A stretch of DNA of 64,000 bases from Gemmatimonadota bacterium (GCA_039589315.1 JBDHHQ010000043.1:63785-127784), one strand, 5' to 3'; shown: positions 28,141 through 37,799, counted from the stretch's first letter. Numbers and translations: made by a program. The notes: generated by a model from the letters alone, not told the origin.

Positions 28141-28606
28141 CGCGAAACTTGGTTGGCTCGAGACCGAAGCCGGTCGACGGGGCCTCGAACGGGTGGGCCT
28201 CACACCGTGCCGGGCCGGGCACCTCACGGTCGACGCCAAGGTGGAGGGCCGGGACGCTCGCCTCATTCTGGACACCGGCGCGTCCCGGACCTTCCTGGAC
28301 CGCGCGTCGGCGGCCGAGCTGGGGGTGGGGGTGGGGGCGGACGACGTGGCCAACGCAGGGGCCTGCGGTACCGGTGCCGGCGGAGCCGTATCGGTGAGCT
28401 TCACGCCGGTGTCGAGCCTTCAGATCCAGGCACTGGCGCTCGGTCCGTTGGAGATGGGTCTTCTGGACCTGAGCGGCGTGAACGAGAAGCTCCGCCTGGC
28501 CGGCGACGCGCCGGTGCACGGCATCCTGGGCGGAGACATGCTCCGCAGGCACTCCGCCATCATCGACCTGGCGGGTCGGGCCCTCTACCTTCGTGTCGAG
28601 GGCTGA
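28133..28606 (+). CDS. Retropepsin-like (clan AA) aspartic protease
   Basis: LILDTGASRT catalytic motif and GILGGD. Start overlaps the RHH stop. Confidence 0.85.
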   Translation: MVDAKLGWLETEAGRRGLERVGLTPCRAGHLTVDAKVEGRDARLILDTGASRTFLDRASAAELGVGVGADDVANAGACGTGAGGAVSVSFTPVSSLQIQALALGPLEMGLLDLSGVNEKLRLAGDAPVHGILGGDMLRRHSAIIDLAGRALYLRVEG

Positions 28607-28629
28607 TCACGGGCTGATCGCCAGCCCTG

Positions 28630-29397
28630 ATGCCCCCCCGTCCCCTTTGGACTGACGGCACACGGAGTCGGGCATTGGAGGGTTCGCCGCTACGCGTGGA
28701 GTACCGGCCCGATCTGGGCGAGCCGGGCAGTGGGCCGGACGACTCGGAGCGCGGCGCGCGTTCGCTCCGTGTCCGCCTGGTCCGGGCCGCACTCTTCGTC
28801 GCCACCCTGGCCGTCGCTCTCCTCCTCCCCTTCGTGGCTCTGGTGCGGCTGTCGGTCTACTTCTACGCGGTGGTGGGAGTCGCGAGCTGGACAGCGTTGG
28901 CACTCGCCGCTCTTGCCGTAGTCGCCCTCCTCTTCGTCTACGTGCTGGTGCTCCGCCTGCGCTTCCAACGCAAGCTCGGCGTCCCCAAGGTGGTGCGCCG
29001 GGCACTCATGATCGTGGTGGCGGCCTACCTGGCCTATGCCCTGATCTACCTTTCCGGCACCAATGCCAAGACCGAGGAGATCAGATCCGCCTACGCGGTG
29101 CTGAGCCCACTCCTCCGTGTCGCGACGGGAACGGTGCTCCTCGTGGATCGTGACGCGGTGGTCACCGACACCGGCCGGAGAAGAGAGGACTACATCGCGT
29201 GGGGCCTGCCGGTGAACGAGGCGTCTCTCCACTTCGAGCAGGATGACGGCTTCGTCCACGCTGTGGACCTGCGGACGGTGGGTCGTCCCGAGTGGCGGAG
29301 CCGGACGCTCGCGGCGTACTACTGGGCCATGGGATTCCGAACCCTCCGGCACGTGGGAACGGCGGACCACCTGCACGTGTCGCTACCGGTCCGCTAA
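28630..29397 (+). CDS. Membrane protein with possible Zn-peptidase (M15/Hedgehog-like) C-terminal domain
   Basis: Three TMs, then SLH...HAVD...HLHVS. Confidence 0.5.
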   Translation: MPPRPLWTDGTRSRALEGSPLRVEYRPDLGEPGSGPDDSERGARSLRVRLVRAALFVATLAVALLLPFVALVRLSVYFYAVVGVASWTALALAALAVVALLFVYVLVLRLRFQRKLGVPKVVRRALMIVVAAYLAYALIYLSGTNAKTEEIRSAYAVLSPLLRVATGTVLLVDRDAVVTDTGRRREDYIAWGLPVNEASLHFEQDDGFVHAVDLRTVGRPEWRSRTLAAYYWAMGFRTLRHVGTADHLHVSLPVR

Positions 29398-29460
29398 CCC
29401 ACGCGACCGCCAGCCATCTCCCCGGTTGGCTGGGAGGATTTCGCGGAGTGCTGCTCCCCC

Positions 29461-29487
29461 TTGCACAAAACGTAACTTTTGTACAAT
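29461..29487 (+). promoter_or_regulatory. Promoter/operator of the Phd-RelE-permease operon
   Basis: TTGCACAAAA-N6-TTTTGTACAA inverted repeat containing TGCACA and TGTACA cores, overlapping TTGCAC and TACAAT. Confidence 0.7.
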
Positions 29488-29519
29488 TTGGTCTCATGAC
29501 CCCGGCTCGAGGCCACGAC

Positions 29520-29780
29520 ATGAGCGACATCTCCACGGCAGAAGCGCGCAAGAACCTCTCCGACCTGGTCAACCGGGTGGCGTACGGCAAGGAGCGGGTC
29601 GTCCTGACCCGCCACGGCAAACAGCTGTGCGCCCTGGTTCCCATCGAAGATCTCTCGTTCCTGGACAGGATCCGTGAGATGGCGGGCCGGCACGACATCG
29701 CCGATGCCCTCGGCGAGAAGGATGCCGGAGACGCCGTCGCGTGGAGCGACCTCAAGCGCGAGCTGGGTCTTTCAGGATGA
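29520..29780 (+). CDS. Phd/YefM family antitoxin
   Basis: ISTAEARKNLSDLVNRV...RVVLTRHGKQLCALVPIED; C-terminal VAWSDLKRELGL typical of RelE partners. Confidence 0.92.
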   Translation: MSDISTAEARKNLSDLVNRVAYGKERVVLTRHGKQLCALVPIEDLSFLDRIREMAGRHDIADALGEKDAGDAVAWSDLKRELGLSG

Positions 29781-32515
29781 GCGCCGCGCCGGGACCGGGG
29801 TCATCGTGGCGGGTCGAGCTGAGCCGAGACGCCGCCCGGGAAGTCCGGGAAGCTCCGCCCGTCGTGCGGGCGCACCTGGCCGACCTTCTCGATCGTCTCG
29901 CATCCGAAGGCTTGCCCCCAAACGCCCGGCCCGTGGGTGACGGGAGCTATGGGGTGGAGGTGGGCAACGCTCGCGCGGTAGTCACGGCGGACGCCCGGGA
30001 GCGTTGGATCCTGGTGGCGCGCCTCACCGCCACCAGCCATCCCCCTGCCCGAGACGCCCTGAGAGCCGCCCACGTCCCGCCGGTCGCCTCGTCCCGACTG
30101 GCGCGGCATCTCGACGAGCTCTGGGCCGACGCCCGGACGTCCCTGCGCAGCTTCCGCCGGAGCCCCGGCTTCGTGTTGTCGGTCCTCGCGACCCTGGGGA
30201 TCGCCGTCGGCGGCGCCACAGCGCTCTTCGGTCTCGCCAGTACCGTGTTCACCGGCGCCCTTCCGTTCGAGGACGACGGCCAGCTACTGCGGCTCAGGGA
30301 TCGCCAGGTCACCGCCGGCGGCGAGCCGCGCATCTTCAACATGTCCCCCCTCGACTTCATCGCCATCCGGGAGCAGAGCACCACCTTGGACGGGGTGGTC
30401 GCGGCCGGCGGCGTGAATCATGTGCTCACGGGCGGCGAGGTCGCCCAACGGGTCAACATCATCCACGTCTCCGAGGGCTGGGGGCAGTTGCTGGGCGTCC
30501 GCCCCCACATCGGCAGGCTCTTCACGCCCGACGAGGAGCGACTCGGGTCCGATGCCCAGGTCGCGCTCGTCTCACACTCCCTCTGGCAATCCCGCTTCGG
30601 AGCGGATCCCGCCGTCGTCGGTAGCCAGATCGACTATGACGGCGGCGTGCTCACGGTCACGGGCGTGCTGCGGCCGCGCTTCGGCTACCCCTACGACGCG
30701 GATCTCTGGATGCCCTGGCGGTGGGACCCGGCGGACGGCACGTCACACGACCTGAACGTCGTGGGGCGCATGTCGGAGGAGACGACGCTGGAAGAGGCCC
30801 GCCGCGACCTGGACCGGATCGCCACCGGTCTGCAACAGTCCAGACCCGACACCAACACGGACCTCTTCCTGAACGCCGAGTCGCTACGGGGCGACTTCAT
30901 CAGGAACGAGGACAGCGTCTTGTTGGCCCTGATGGCGTCGGTGGGATTCCTGCTCCTGCTCGCGTGCGTGAACGTCACCAACCTCTTCGTGGCTCGCTTC
31001 GTCAGCCGGCAGCGCGAGGTGGGGATTCGGGTCGCCCTCGGAGCCGGTAGGCTGCGTGAGATCCGCGGATTCATGGTGGAAACCGTGCTGCTCTTCATGG
31101 CGGGCGGCGCTCTGGGATTGATCATGGCTCTCTGGCTCGGGGACGTCATGAGCGTGCTCGTCCCCGAGGCAATGCGCAGCCAGCTCGACATGTCCGGCCT
31201 GCAGTTGAGCGGCGAGTTGGTCCTTTTCTCCTTGGGTCTTTCGGTCGCGGCAGGCATGGCGTTCGGCCTCATGGCCGCTGTCCGGGGCACCCGCACTGAA
31301 CCGTCACAGGTGCTGAAGGAGGGCGGCCGCACCGGCTCGGCGAGCGGAACCGGCGTGCAGCGGGGTCTCGTCGTGGCGCAGCTCGCGCTGTCCCTCTCGC
31401 TGCTCGTCGGAGCGGGGGTGCTATTCGATCACTTCGAGCGCCTCAACGCTCAGGACCTCGGCTTCCAGGTGGACGATCTGTTCACGCTGCGGGTTTCGGT
31501 CGAGCAGCCACGCTTTTCCGTGATCGATGCCCGCCTCGACATCGTCAGGCGGCTGGAAGAGGCCATCGAGGGCGTCCCCGGTGTGGAGTCGGCCGCCTAC
31601 ACCACCGTGAACCCGCTCTGCTGTGGCGACTGGGGTGCGCCGCTCGCCGTGGAGGGCCAGCCCCAGCCGGAGGGGTCCACGCATCTGATCCACCACCGTA
31701 TGGTGGGACCGGGGTACTTCGCGACGACCGGTACGCCCCTCCTGAGAGGCCGGGACTTCGACGGGCGGGACGCGCCGGGCACGGCCCTCACCGCGGTGGT
31801 GGACGAAGCCCTGGCGCACCGGTTCTGGCCCGACGAAGACGCCGTCGGCAAGCGGGTTCGCGTCGATCGCCCCACGGGCGAGTGGCGGACGATCGTAGGT
31901 GTGGTCGGAGACGTCGAGGAGAGCGGCGACTACAGCGAGACGTGGTACCTCCCATACACGCAGGAACCCACTGCCCGGTCGTCCGAGAACCTCCACTTCA
32001 TGGTACGCGCGGCCGACGCTTCCGTCCTGGAGGCGGCCCGGAGCGCCGTCCGGACCGTGGATCCGAACCTGGCCGTTTACGAGCTGCGGACCATGGCCTC
32101 ACTTCGGGCCGAGAACATCTCCCAGGACCGTCTCGGTGCCGCGGTGGGCACGGTGTTCGCCGCCTTCGGTCTGCTGTTGGCCGGGCTCGGTGTCTTCGGG
32201 ATGCTCTCCTACAACGTCAGCACCCGCTCCCGCGAGATCGGCACTCGGATCGCGCTGGGCGCCCACCCCTCGGAGGTGACGGGCCTGGTGCTCCGGAGCG
32301 CAATGAAGCTCACCGTGGCCGGGGCGCTGCTCGGCCTCGCGGCGGCCGTGGCCCTGAATGGCTTGCTCGAGAACGTGGTCTTCGGCGTGGAGACCGCGGG
32401 TCCCGGCCTGCTCGTGGGCCTGGCGCTGGTGCTACTGGCCGCGTCCGGTGTCGCCGCGGCATTGCCGGCGCTCCGCGCCGCCCGGGTCGACCCCGTCGAA
32501 GCGCTCAAGGACTGA
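29777..32515 (+). CDS. Fusion: degenerate RelE/ParE-like domain + ADOP/MacB-FtsX permease
   Basis: ATGA overlap with the antitoxin. Residues ~10-85 follow the RelE pattern (WRVELSRDAAREV...LPPNARPV...YGVEVGNARAVV...ILVARL). A complete ADOP follows from LWADARTSLRSFRRSPGF. Confidence 0.82.
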   Translation: MSAAPGPGSSWRVELSRDAAREVREAPPVVRAHLADLLDRLASEGLPPNARPVGDGSYGVEVGNARAVVTADARERWILVARLTATSHPPARDALRAAHVPPVASSRLARHLDELWADARTSLRSFRRSPGFVLSVLATLGIAVGGATALFGLASTVFTGALPFEDDGQLLRLRDRQVTAGGEPRIFNMSPLDFIAIREQSTTLDGVVAAGGVNHVLTGGEVAQRVNIIHVSEGWGQLLGVRPHIGRLFTPDEERLGSDAQVALVSHSLWQSRFGADPAVVGSQIDYDGGVLTVTGVLRPRFGYPYDADLWMPWRWDPADGTSHDLNVVGRMSEETTLEEARRDLDRIATGLQQSRPDTNTDLFLNAESLRGDFIRNEDSVLLALMASVGFLLLLACVNVTNLFVARFVSRQREVGIRVALGAGRLREIRGFMVETVLLFMAGGALGLIMALWLGDVMSVLVPEAMRSQLDMSGLQLSGELVLFSLGLSVAAGMAFGLMAAVRGTRTEPSQVLKEGGRTGSASGTGVQRGLVVAQLALSLSLLVGAGVLFDHFERLNAQDLGFQVDDLFTLRVSVEQPRFSVIDARLDIVRRLEEAIEGVPGVESAAYTTVNPLCCGDWGAPLAVEGQPQPEGSTHLIHHRMVGPGYFATTGTPLLRGRDFDGRDAPGTALTAVVDEALAHRFWPDEDAVGKRVRVDRPTGEWRTIVGVVGDVEESGDYSETWYLPYTQEPTARSSENLHFMVRAADASVLEAARSAVRTVDPNLAVYELRTMASLRAENISQDRLGAAVGTVFAAFGLLLAGLGVFGMLSYNVSTRSREIGTRIALGAHPSEVTGLVLRSAMKLTVAGALLGLAAAVALNGLLENVVFGVETAGPGLLVGLALVLLAASGVAAALPALRAARVDPVEALKD

Positions 32516-32528
32516 GGGCGCGGGCCGG

Positions 32529-33350
32529 CTACGCCCCGCCCACTCGACCTCCCTCTTCCGCCCGACGCCAATCGAAGAAGGCGGCCACCACGCCGGCGCC
32601 CATCGCCCAGGCCGTGCCGATCTTCATGATCGCGCCGCCCAGCTGCTGGTCCGCAAGGGGGTCGACCCCTCCCACCGGGGGAGCGAGCTCGTAGATCTCG
32701 TAGATGGGATGGGCGCTGAAGATCATCATGGCGAAGGGCGGCCGAATGAGGAACGCGTTCAACGCGAGGTACCCGATCTTATACAGGGGGTGGAGCGACT
32801 TGCCGTGTGGCACGGGTGCGATCACGGGAAACCATAGCACCAGTCCGGCGAACATCCACGACAGATCCATGACGAACGAGCCCAGCTGGGTGGGCATGAG
32901 CCGGTCCACCAGACCCGGCCAGTGACTGATGGTCATGATGACGTTGAACACGACGAATGCGCTCACGGGGTGCGTCAGCTGGCGCAAGAAGGGGTAGAAG
33001 CGGCGCCCCGGGAGCGAGCGGTACCCTGCCTCGGGGATCCCGACCAGCAGGAGCGCAGGTGCCACCACTCCCACCAGGACGAACTGCAGCATGTGAACGC
33101 TGGCCAGGTAGCCGGCCCCCAACGGGCCGATCGGCCAGTCGAGCGAGACCCAGAGCAGAAGGACGCCGCCGTAGAAAGAGGCTTTCCGCCATCCGAGGGA
33201 CAAGCCTCCCGGCCCCGGCGCCTCCTGGTGCCAGTGGCGAGACCTCAGGTGGTAGACGAGCCCGAGCGACAACACGAACGCCCAGACTCCTGGGATCGGC
33301 TGCCAGGCCCACGTCCACGCGCCCTCGCGCGCAAAGCACCACCACTGCAC
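32529..33350 (-). CDS. ctaG: Cytochrome c oxidase assembly protein, caa3-type CtaG
   Basis: YLASVHMLQ, H-W, DQQLGGAIMK. Confidence 0.85.
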   Translation of the reverse strand: MQWWCFAREGAWTWAWQPIPGVWAFVLSLGLVYHLRSRHWHQEAPGPGGLSLGWRKASFYGGVLLLWVSLDWPIGPLGAGYLASVHMLQFVLVGVVAPALLLVGIPEAGYRSLPGRRFYPFLRQLTHPVSAFVVFNVIMTISHWPGLVDRLMPTQLGSFVMDLSWMFAGLVLWFPVIAPVPHGKSLHPLYKIGYLALNAFLIRPPFAMMIFSAHPIYEIYELAPPVGGVDPLADQQLGGAIMKIGTAWAMGAGVVAAFFDWRRAEEGGRVGGA

Positions 33351-33397
33351 CGGCTACGCGCTCCCGACGGAGGACAGCGCGTGCTCCCGTCGTGTCT

Positions 33398-34087
33398 TCA
33401 GGAGTCGACCCAATCTTCCTGGACCAACCGCGGGAGGTCGTGCGCCCAGTCGGCTTGGCGGATCCCGAAGGGATAGCGCAGATGCGCCAAGCCGTCCTTG
33501 GTGAACGCCAGGATGGCCGAGGAGTGGCCCACGGTGTGGCCTTCATCGCTTTTCACGACGACGGCGTGGGGGAGGCCCAGACGCCCCTGTATCTCGTTGA
33601 CCTCATCGAGCGTGCCCCGCAGCCCGATGAAGTCGGGGTGGAAGCCGGCGAGCCACTCTTTCATACGCTCGGGTGTGTCGGTGTCCGGATCCGTGGTGAT
33701 GAACACCACGTTGATCTGCGTTCGGACCTCGGGTGGGAGCTTTGCAAGCACGAGACCGAGGTTGGCGAGGTGCACGGGGCAGACGTCCGGACATGACGTG
33801 TAGCCGAAGAACAGCAGCGTCACGAAGCCTCGCGTCCGAGCCTGGAAGTCGAACGGTCGATCGCGAGTGTCCGGGAGCACGAAGTCGGGCTTCTGGATCG
33901 GGTCCGGTAGCAGCGTGCCGCGGTAGGACGAAGCCGCCGACCGGGCGGAGGTCCGACCCTCGGCCGCAGGACCCTCGGCCGCCGGCTGGCACGAGGTCGC
34001 CGAAAGGAGCGCGAGCCCAGCCAGTGTGTTCGCCGCCCGACCGAGCATCGCCGTCCTACGGCTTCGCAGCGATCGACGTGGAGACAT
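33398..34087 (-). CDS. SCO/SenC copper chaperone lipoprotein
   Basis: FFGYTSCPDVCP, DPDTDTPE, conserved His in GHSS. Confidence 0.92.
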   Translation of the reverse strand: MSPRRSLRSRRTAMLGRAANTLAGLALLSATSCQPAAEGPAAEGRTSARSAASSYRGTLLPDPIQKPDFVLPDTRDRPFDFQARTRGFVTLLFFGYTSCPDVCPVHLANLGLVLAKLPPEVRTQINVVFITTDPDTDTPERMKEWLAGFHPDFIGLRGTLDEVNEIQGRLGLPHAVVVKSDEGHTVGHSSAILAFTKDGLAHLRYPFGIRQADWAHDLPRLVQEDWVDS

Positions 34088-34706
34088 CCGTCCCTCCTGC
34101 ACCCTGATATACGTATCGAAACCTCAGGCACCCTCCCCGCGAGCCAGGACAGTAGTATCCGAGGATCTCGAGCTTCGCGAAACGCCCGTCGGCCGTGCGC
34201 ACCGCGTACACATGCCGTTTGGGCTCCAGAAGGTGCGTAGACCAGCCGTACTCGTACCAACGCTCGATGGCTGGATTCACCGAATCCCCCCGGACCTCGG
34301 TCCCGGCATAGCCCGCCTCTGGAACCTCGACGACAGAATCGAAAGCGCGCGCTCCGAGATCGAGAATCCCCCCTTCGCCATCAAAGCCCGGACCGCCGTT
34401 CGCGATGACGCGGAAGCGCTGGAACGCCAGGTCCCAGTCCGAGGGCGCCGGATCGCGCACCACCGACGCCCGCGAGAAGTCGAAGTAGGTCCAAGCCTCT
34501 TCGGATGTCGCGTCGACCGTATACGACACGGGGCCCTGCTTCACGAGTCCTACCTCGGTCGGCTCCGGCGGAGTGGGGGCGAACGCCTCGACGGTCGAGC
34601 GGCCCAGGGACCTGGCGACCCAGAAGACGGCAGCTGCGGCGAGGACGGCCAAGATTCCAAGGGCCACCACCCGCTCACGAGCCCGCGACGTACCCGATCG
34701 GCTCAA
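34056..34706 (-). CDS. HmuY family heme-binding protein
   Basis: WTYFDF, WDLAFQRF, WYEY, VYAVRTADGRFAKL.I.GYY. Confidence 0.85.
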   Translation of the reverse strand: MSRSGTSRARERVVALGILAVLAAAAVFWVARSLGRSTVEAFAPTPPEPTEVGLVKQGPVSYTVDATSEEAWTYFDFSRASVVRDPAPSDWDLAFQRFRVIANGGPGFDGEGGILDLGARAFDSVVEVPEAGYAGTEVRGDSVNPAIERWYEYGWSTHLLEPKRHVYAVRTADGRFAKLEILGYYCPGSRGGCLRFRYVYQGAGGTDVSTSIAAKP

Positions 34707-34781
34707 TGCGCCGCCGAGAAGCGATGAGGCAGCTCGGACCTCAGGTGAAGTGAAGCGATGCGGGACCCACTATTGGGATCC

Positions 34782-35003
34782 TCAGTGCTCGACGGTTCCG
34801 TGGTCCTCGTCGTAGCCCAGGAAGCTCTTGAGGTGCCACAGGTACACGCCGAGCGCCAACCCCAGGGCGACGAACACGAGGCCCAGGATCATCGATCCGG
34901 CGTCTCGCGTCCCGTCGAAGGCCGTGAGCTCCCAGGCGGCGTATCCCAAGCAGAAGGCGATGGCCGCGGATATGAGAAACCGATGGAACCCGATCAGTGA
35001 CAT
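34782..35003 (-). CDS. Small two-TM membrane protein in the cox operon
   Basis: MSLIGFHRFLISAAIAFCLG...; starts 8 nt after the coxIV stop. Confidence 0.65.
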   Translation of the reverse strand: MSLIGFHRFLISAAIAFCLGYAAWELTAFDGTRDAGSMILGLVFVALGLALGVYLWHLKSFLGYDEDHGTVEH

Positions 35004-35011
35004 GAGCGCAC

Positions 35012-35314
35012 TCAGAACTCTGTCAGGACCGCGATCACCAGGATCACGGCCAGCGGCAAGGGCGACGCCGCGAGGATCCACATCCTCCGGGGCTCGAAGC
35101 GAAGGTGCATGTAGTACATCGCCACGAGCAACGCCTTCCAGAGCGCCATGATGATCAGCCCCGTCGCGATCCAGAACTTGGGCAATCCCGTGAAGGCGAA
35201 GAACACCTCGAGTATCGTCAAGATGAAGAGCACACCCCACACGAGGAAGTACGGTGGGTCCTTGTGCTCCTCGGCGTGCTCCATGGCGGCCTCCTGGGCA
35301 GGCTGCGGATCCAT
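35012..35314 (-). CDS. Cytochrome c oxidase subunit IV family
   Basis: YFLVWGVLFILTILEV, KALLVAMYYMHLRFE. Confidence 0.88.
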   Translation of the reverse strand: MDPQPAQEAAMEHAEEHKDPPYFLVWGVLFILTILEVFFAFTGLPKFWIATGLIIMALWKALLVAMYYMHLRFEPRRMWILAASPLPLAVILVIAVLTEF

Positions 35315-35326
35315 ATCCGGGGCTCC

Positions 35327-35956
35327 TCAGATGAGATAGACGATAGTGAACAAGATGATCCACACGAGGTCCACGAAGTGCCAGTAGAGCCCCACGATCT
35401 CGACGCCACCTAGGCTGTCGGCCGAGTAGGCCCCCTTCCAGGCCCGCCACAGGACGAACCAGAGACAGAGGACGCCGATCGTCACGTGGGTCCCGTGGAA
35501 ACCGGTCATCGTGTAGAACGTGGAGCCGTACAGCGCGCCGCCTTCCGCAGCGTACGCGCTCGCCATCGGGACGAAGCCATGCTGCGCCAGGGCGATGTAC
35601 TCGAAGACCTGAATGCCCACGAAGAACGTCCCCAGGGCGATCGTGGCGAGCAGCCAGATCTTCAGGCCTTTCTGATCCCCGGTGGCGATCGCCGCGTACG
35701 CCTTGACCATCGTCACACTGGAGCAGATGAGGACGAACGTGTTGAAGGCCGTCAGCGGGACGTTCAACACTACGCCGGGTTCTGCGAACTGCGTGGGGTG
35801 GGCGAACCGCAGGATGATGTACGAGCCGATGAGCCCGGTGAAGAACATCACCTCCGACAGGAGGAAGACCCACATCCCGAGCTTAAGGTTGTAGACCCTC
35901 ATTCCGGGCATGTACCCCCGCTCGAGGGCCATCGCGTCGGTGGTCATCGTCGTCAC
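35327..35956 (-). CDS. Cytochrome c oxidase subunit III
   Basis: GMWVFLLSEVMFF, FYTMTGFHGTHV, GLYWHFVDLVW. Confidence 0.93.
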   Translation of the reverse strand: MTTMTTDAMALERGYMPGMRVYNLKLGMWVFLLSEVMFFTGLIGSYIILRFAHPTQFAEPGVVLNVPLTAFNTFVLICSSVTMVKAYAAIATGDQKGLKIWLLATIALGTFFVGIQVFEYIALAQHGFVPMASAYAAEGGALYGSTFYTMTGFHGTHVTIGVLCLWFVLWRAWKGAYSADSLGGVEIVGLYWHFVDLVWIILFTIVYLI

Positions 35957-37744
35957 GCTCCTTCCGGTGCGGGAGTCGCGTGGGGCTCGGGCTGCTGCTG
36001 ATCACGTGGCGGGGTCGTCTGCAACAGGAAGTCCTCGTCGGATTCCGGAGAGCTGTACTCGTACGGTCCTCGGTAGACGACGGGGACCGTTGCGAAGTTC
36101 CCGTGTGGCGGCGGCGACGGCACGGTCCATTCGAGGGAATTGGCATTCCAGGGGTTGGGTCCGGCCTTCTTCCCCTTCCAGATGCTGTGGAAGAAGTTCA
36201 CCACGAAGATCAACTGCACGGCGATCAAGAGGAACGCGCTGATCGTAATGAACACGTTCATGGGCTGAAGAGGCTCGAGGTACTCGTACTGGGTCGGGTC
36301 GTAGAGCCGCCGCATGTGACCCTGGAGCCCGATGCTGTGCATCGGGAAGAAGACCAGGTTGTAGAAGATCATCGTCAGCACCCAGTGGATCTTGCCCCAC
36401 CGCTCGTTCATGATCGTCCCGAACAGCTTCGGGAACCAGAAGGTGATCCCGCCGAAGATCGCGAACAGGCTGCCGCCGAACAGGACGTAGTGGATGTGGG
36501 CGACGATGAAGTACGTGTCGTGGATGTAGATGTCGACCGGGGTCGAGGCCATGAAGATCCCGGACAATCCGCCGATGATGAACATCGAGACGAACGCGAG
36601 CCCGTGTAGGACCGGAGTCGTGAAGTGGATGTCCCCGCCCCACAGAGTGCCCAGCCAGTTGAACGTCTTGATGGCGGACGGGACGGCGATGAACATCGTC
36701 GACACCATGAACGTCGTGCCGAGCATCGGGTTCATGCCGCTCTGGAACATGTGATGGCCCCACACGATCCACCCGAGGAACGCGATGCCGATGATCGCCA
36801 GCACCATGGCGTGATAGCCGAAGATCGGCTTGCGGGCCCCGTTGGCGATCAGGTCCGACGCGATTCCCATGGCCGGGAGGATCAGGATGTAGACCTCCGG
36901 ATGGCCGAAGAACCAGAAGAGGTGCTGCCAGAGGAGTGGCTCGCCTCCCCCTGCGGGCAGGAAGAAGGTCGTGCCGATCGTCTGATCGAACAGGAGCATG
37001 ATCAGGGCGCCGGCCAGGATCGGAATGGCCAGCAGGATCAGGATCGACGTGATGAACAGCGACCACGTGGCCAGGGGGAGGCGGAACCACGTCATGCCAG
37101 GCGCGCGCCAGTTGATGACCGTCGTGATGTAGTTCACCGCCCCGGCCAACGATGAGAATCCGAGGATGGTCAGACTGACGAGCCAGAGCTGCTGGCCGAG
37201 GTAGACCCCCGTGTACTCGCCGGAGGCGCTGAGCGGCGCGTACGAAGTCAGTCCAGCCGGCGCCGGCTGCGCCGCCTTCCACCAGGAAGCTGGCCAGCAT
37301 GAGCAGTCCGGCCGGGAAGGCGAGCCAGAACGATGCCATGTTCAGCCGCGGAAAGGCCATGTCGGGGGCACCCACCTGCAGCGGTATGAGCAGGTTCCCG
37401 AAGAAGCCGACCAGAAGCGGCATGATCGCGAAGAAGATCATGATCGTGCCGTGCATCGTCACCAGCGAGTTGTAGAACTCGGGCAACAGGATGCCTCCCG
37501 GCGCCATGGTCTCCGGGAGGATCGCACCCCCGGGCATGGGCTGGCTCGGATAGCCCAGCTGCCATCTCATCATCATCGCGAGCAAGCCGCCCACGACGAG
37601 GAAGAAGAGGCTCATGAACATGAACTGCTTCGCGATCGTCTTGTGATCGGTGGAGAAGACGTACTTGCGGATGAACGGGATGTCGTGATCCACGTGCTCG
37701 TGCGCCGCCGTCCTGTCGCCGATTGCAGCTTCCGCCGTGCTCAT
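35953..37744 (-). pseudogene. ctaD: Cytochrome c oxidase subunit I (A1 family), frameshifted by a 4-nt duplication
   Basis: STDHK, TMHGT and DMAFPRLN lie in one frame; WFFGHPEVY, WGHHM and VAHIHY lie in another. The junction is a GACT tandem duplication at 37246-37253. Could be an assembly error. Confidence 0.85.
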
Positions 37745-37799
37745 ATCGTCCTCTCGCGATGCATGGATGTCTCCTGAACCCGAGCGCCCGTTAGCGACG

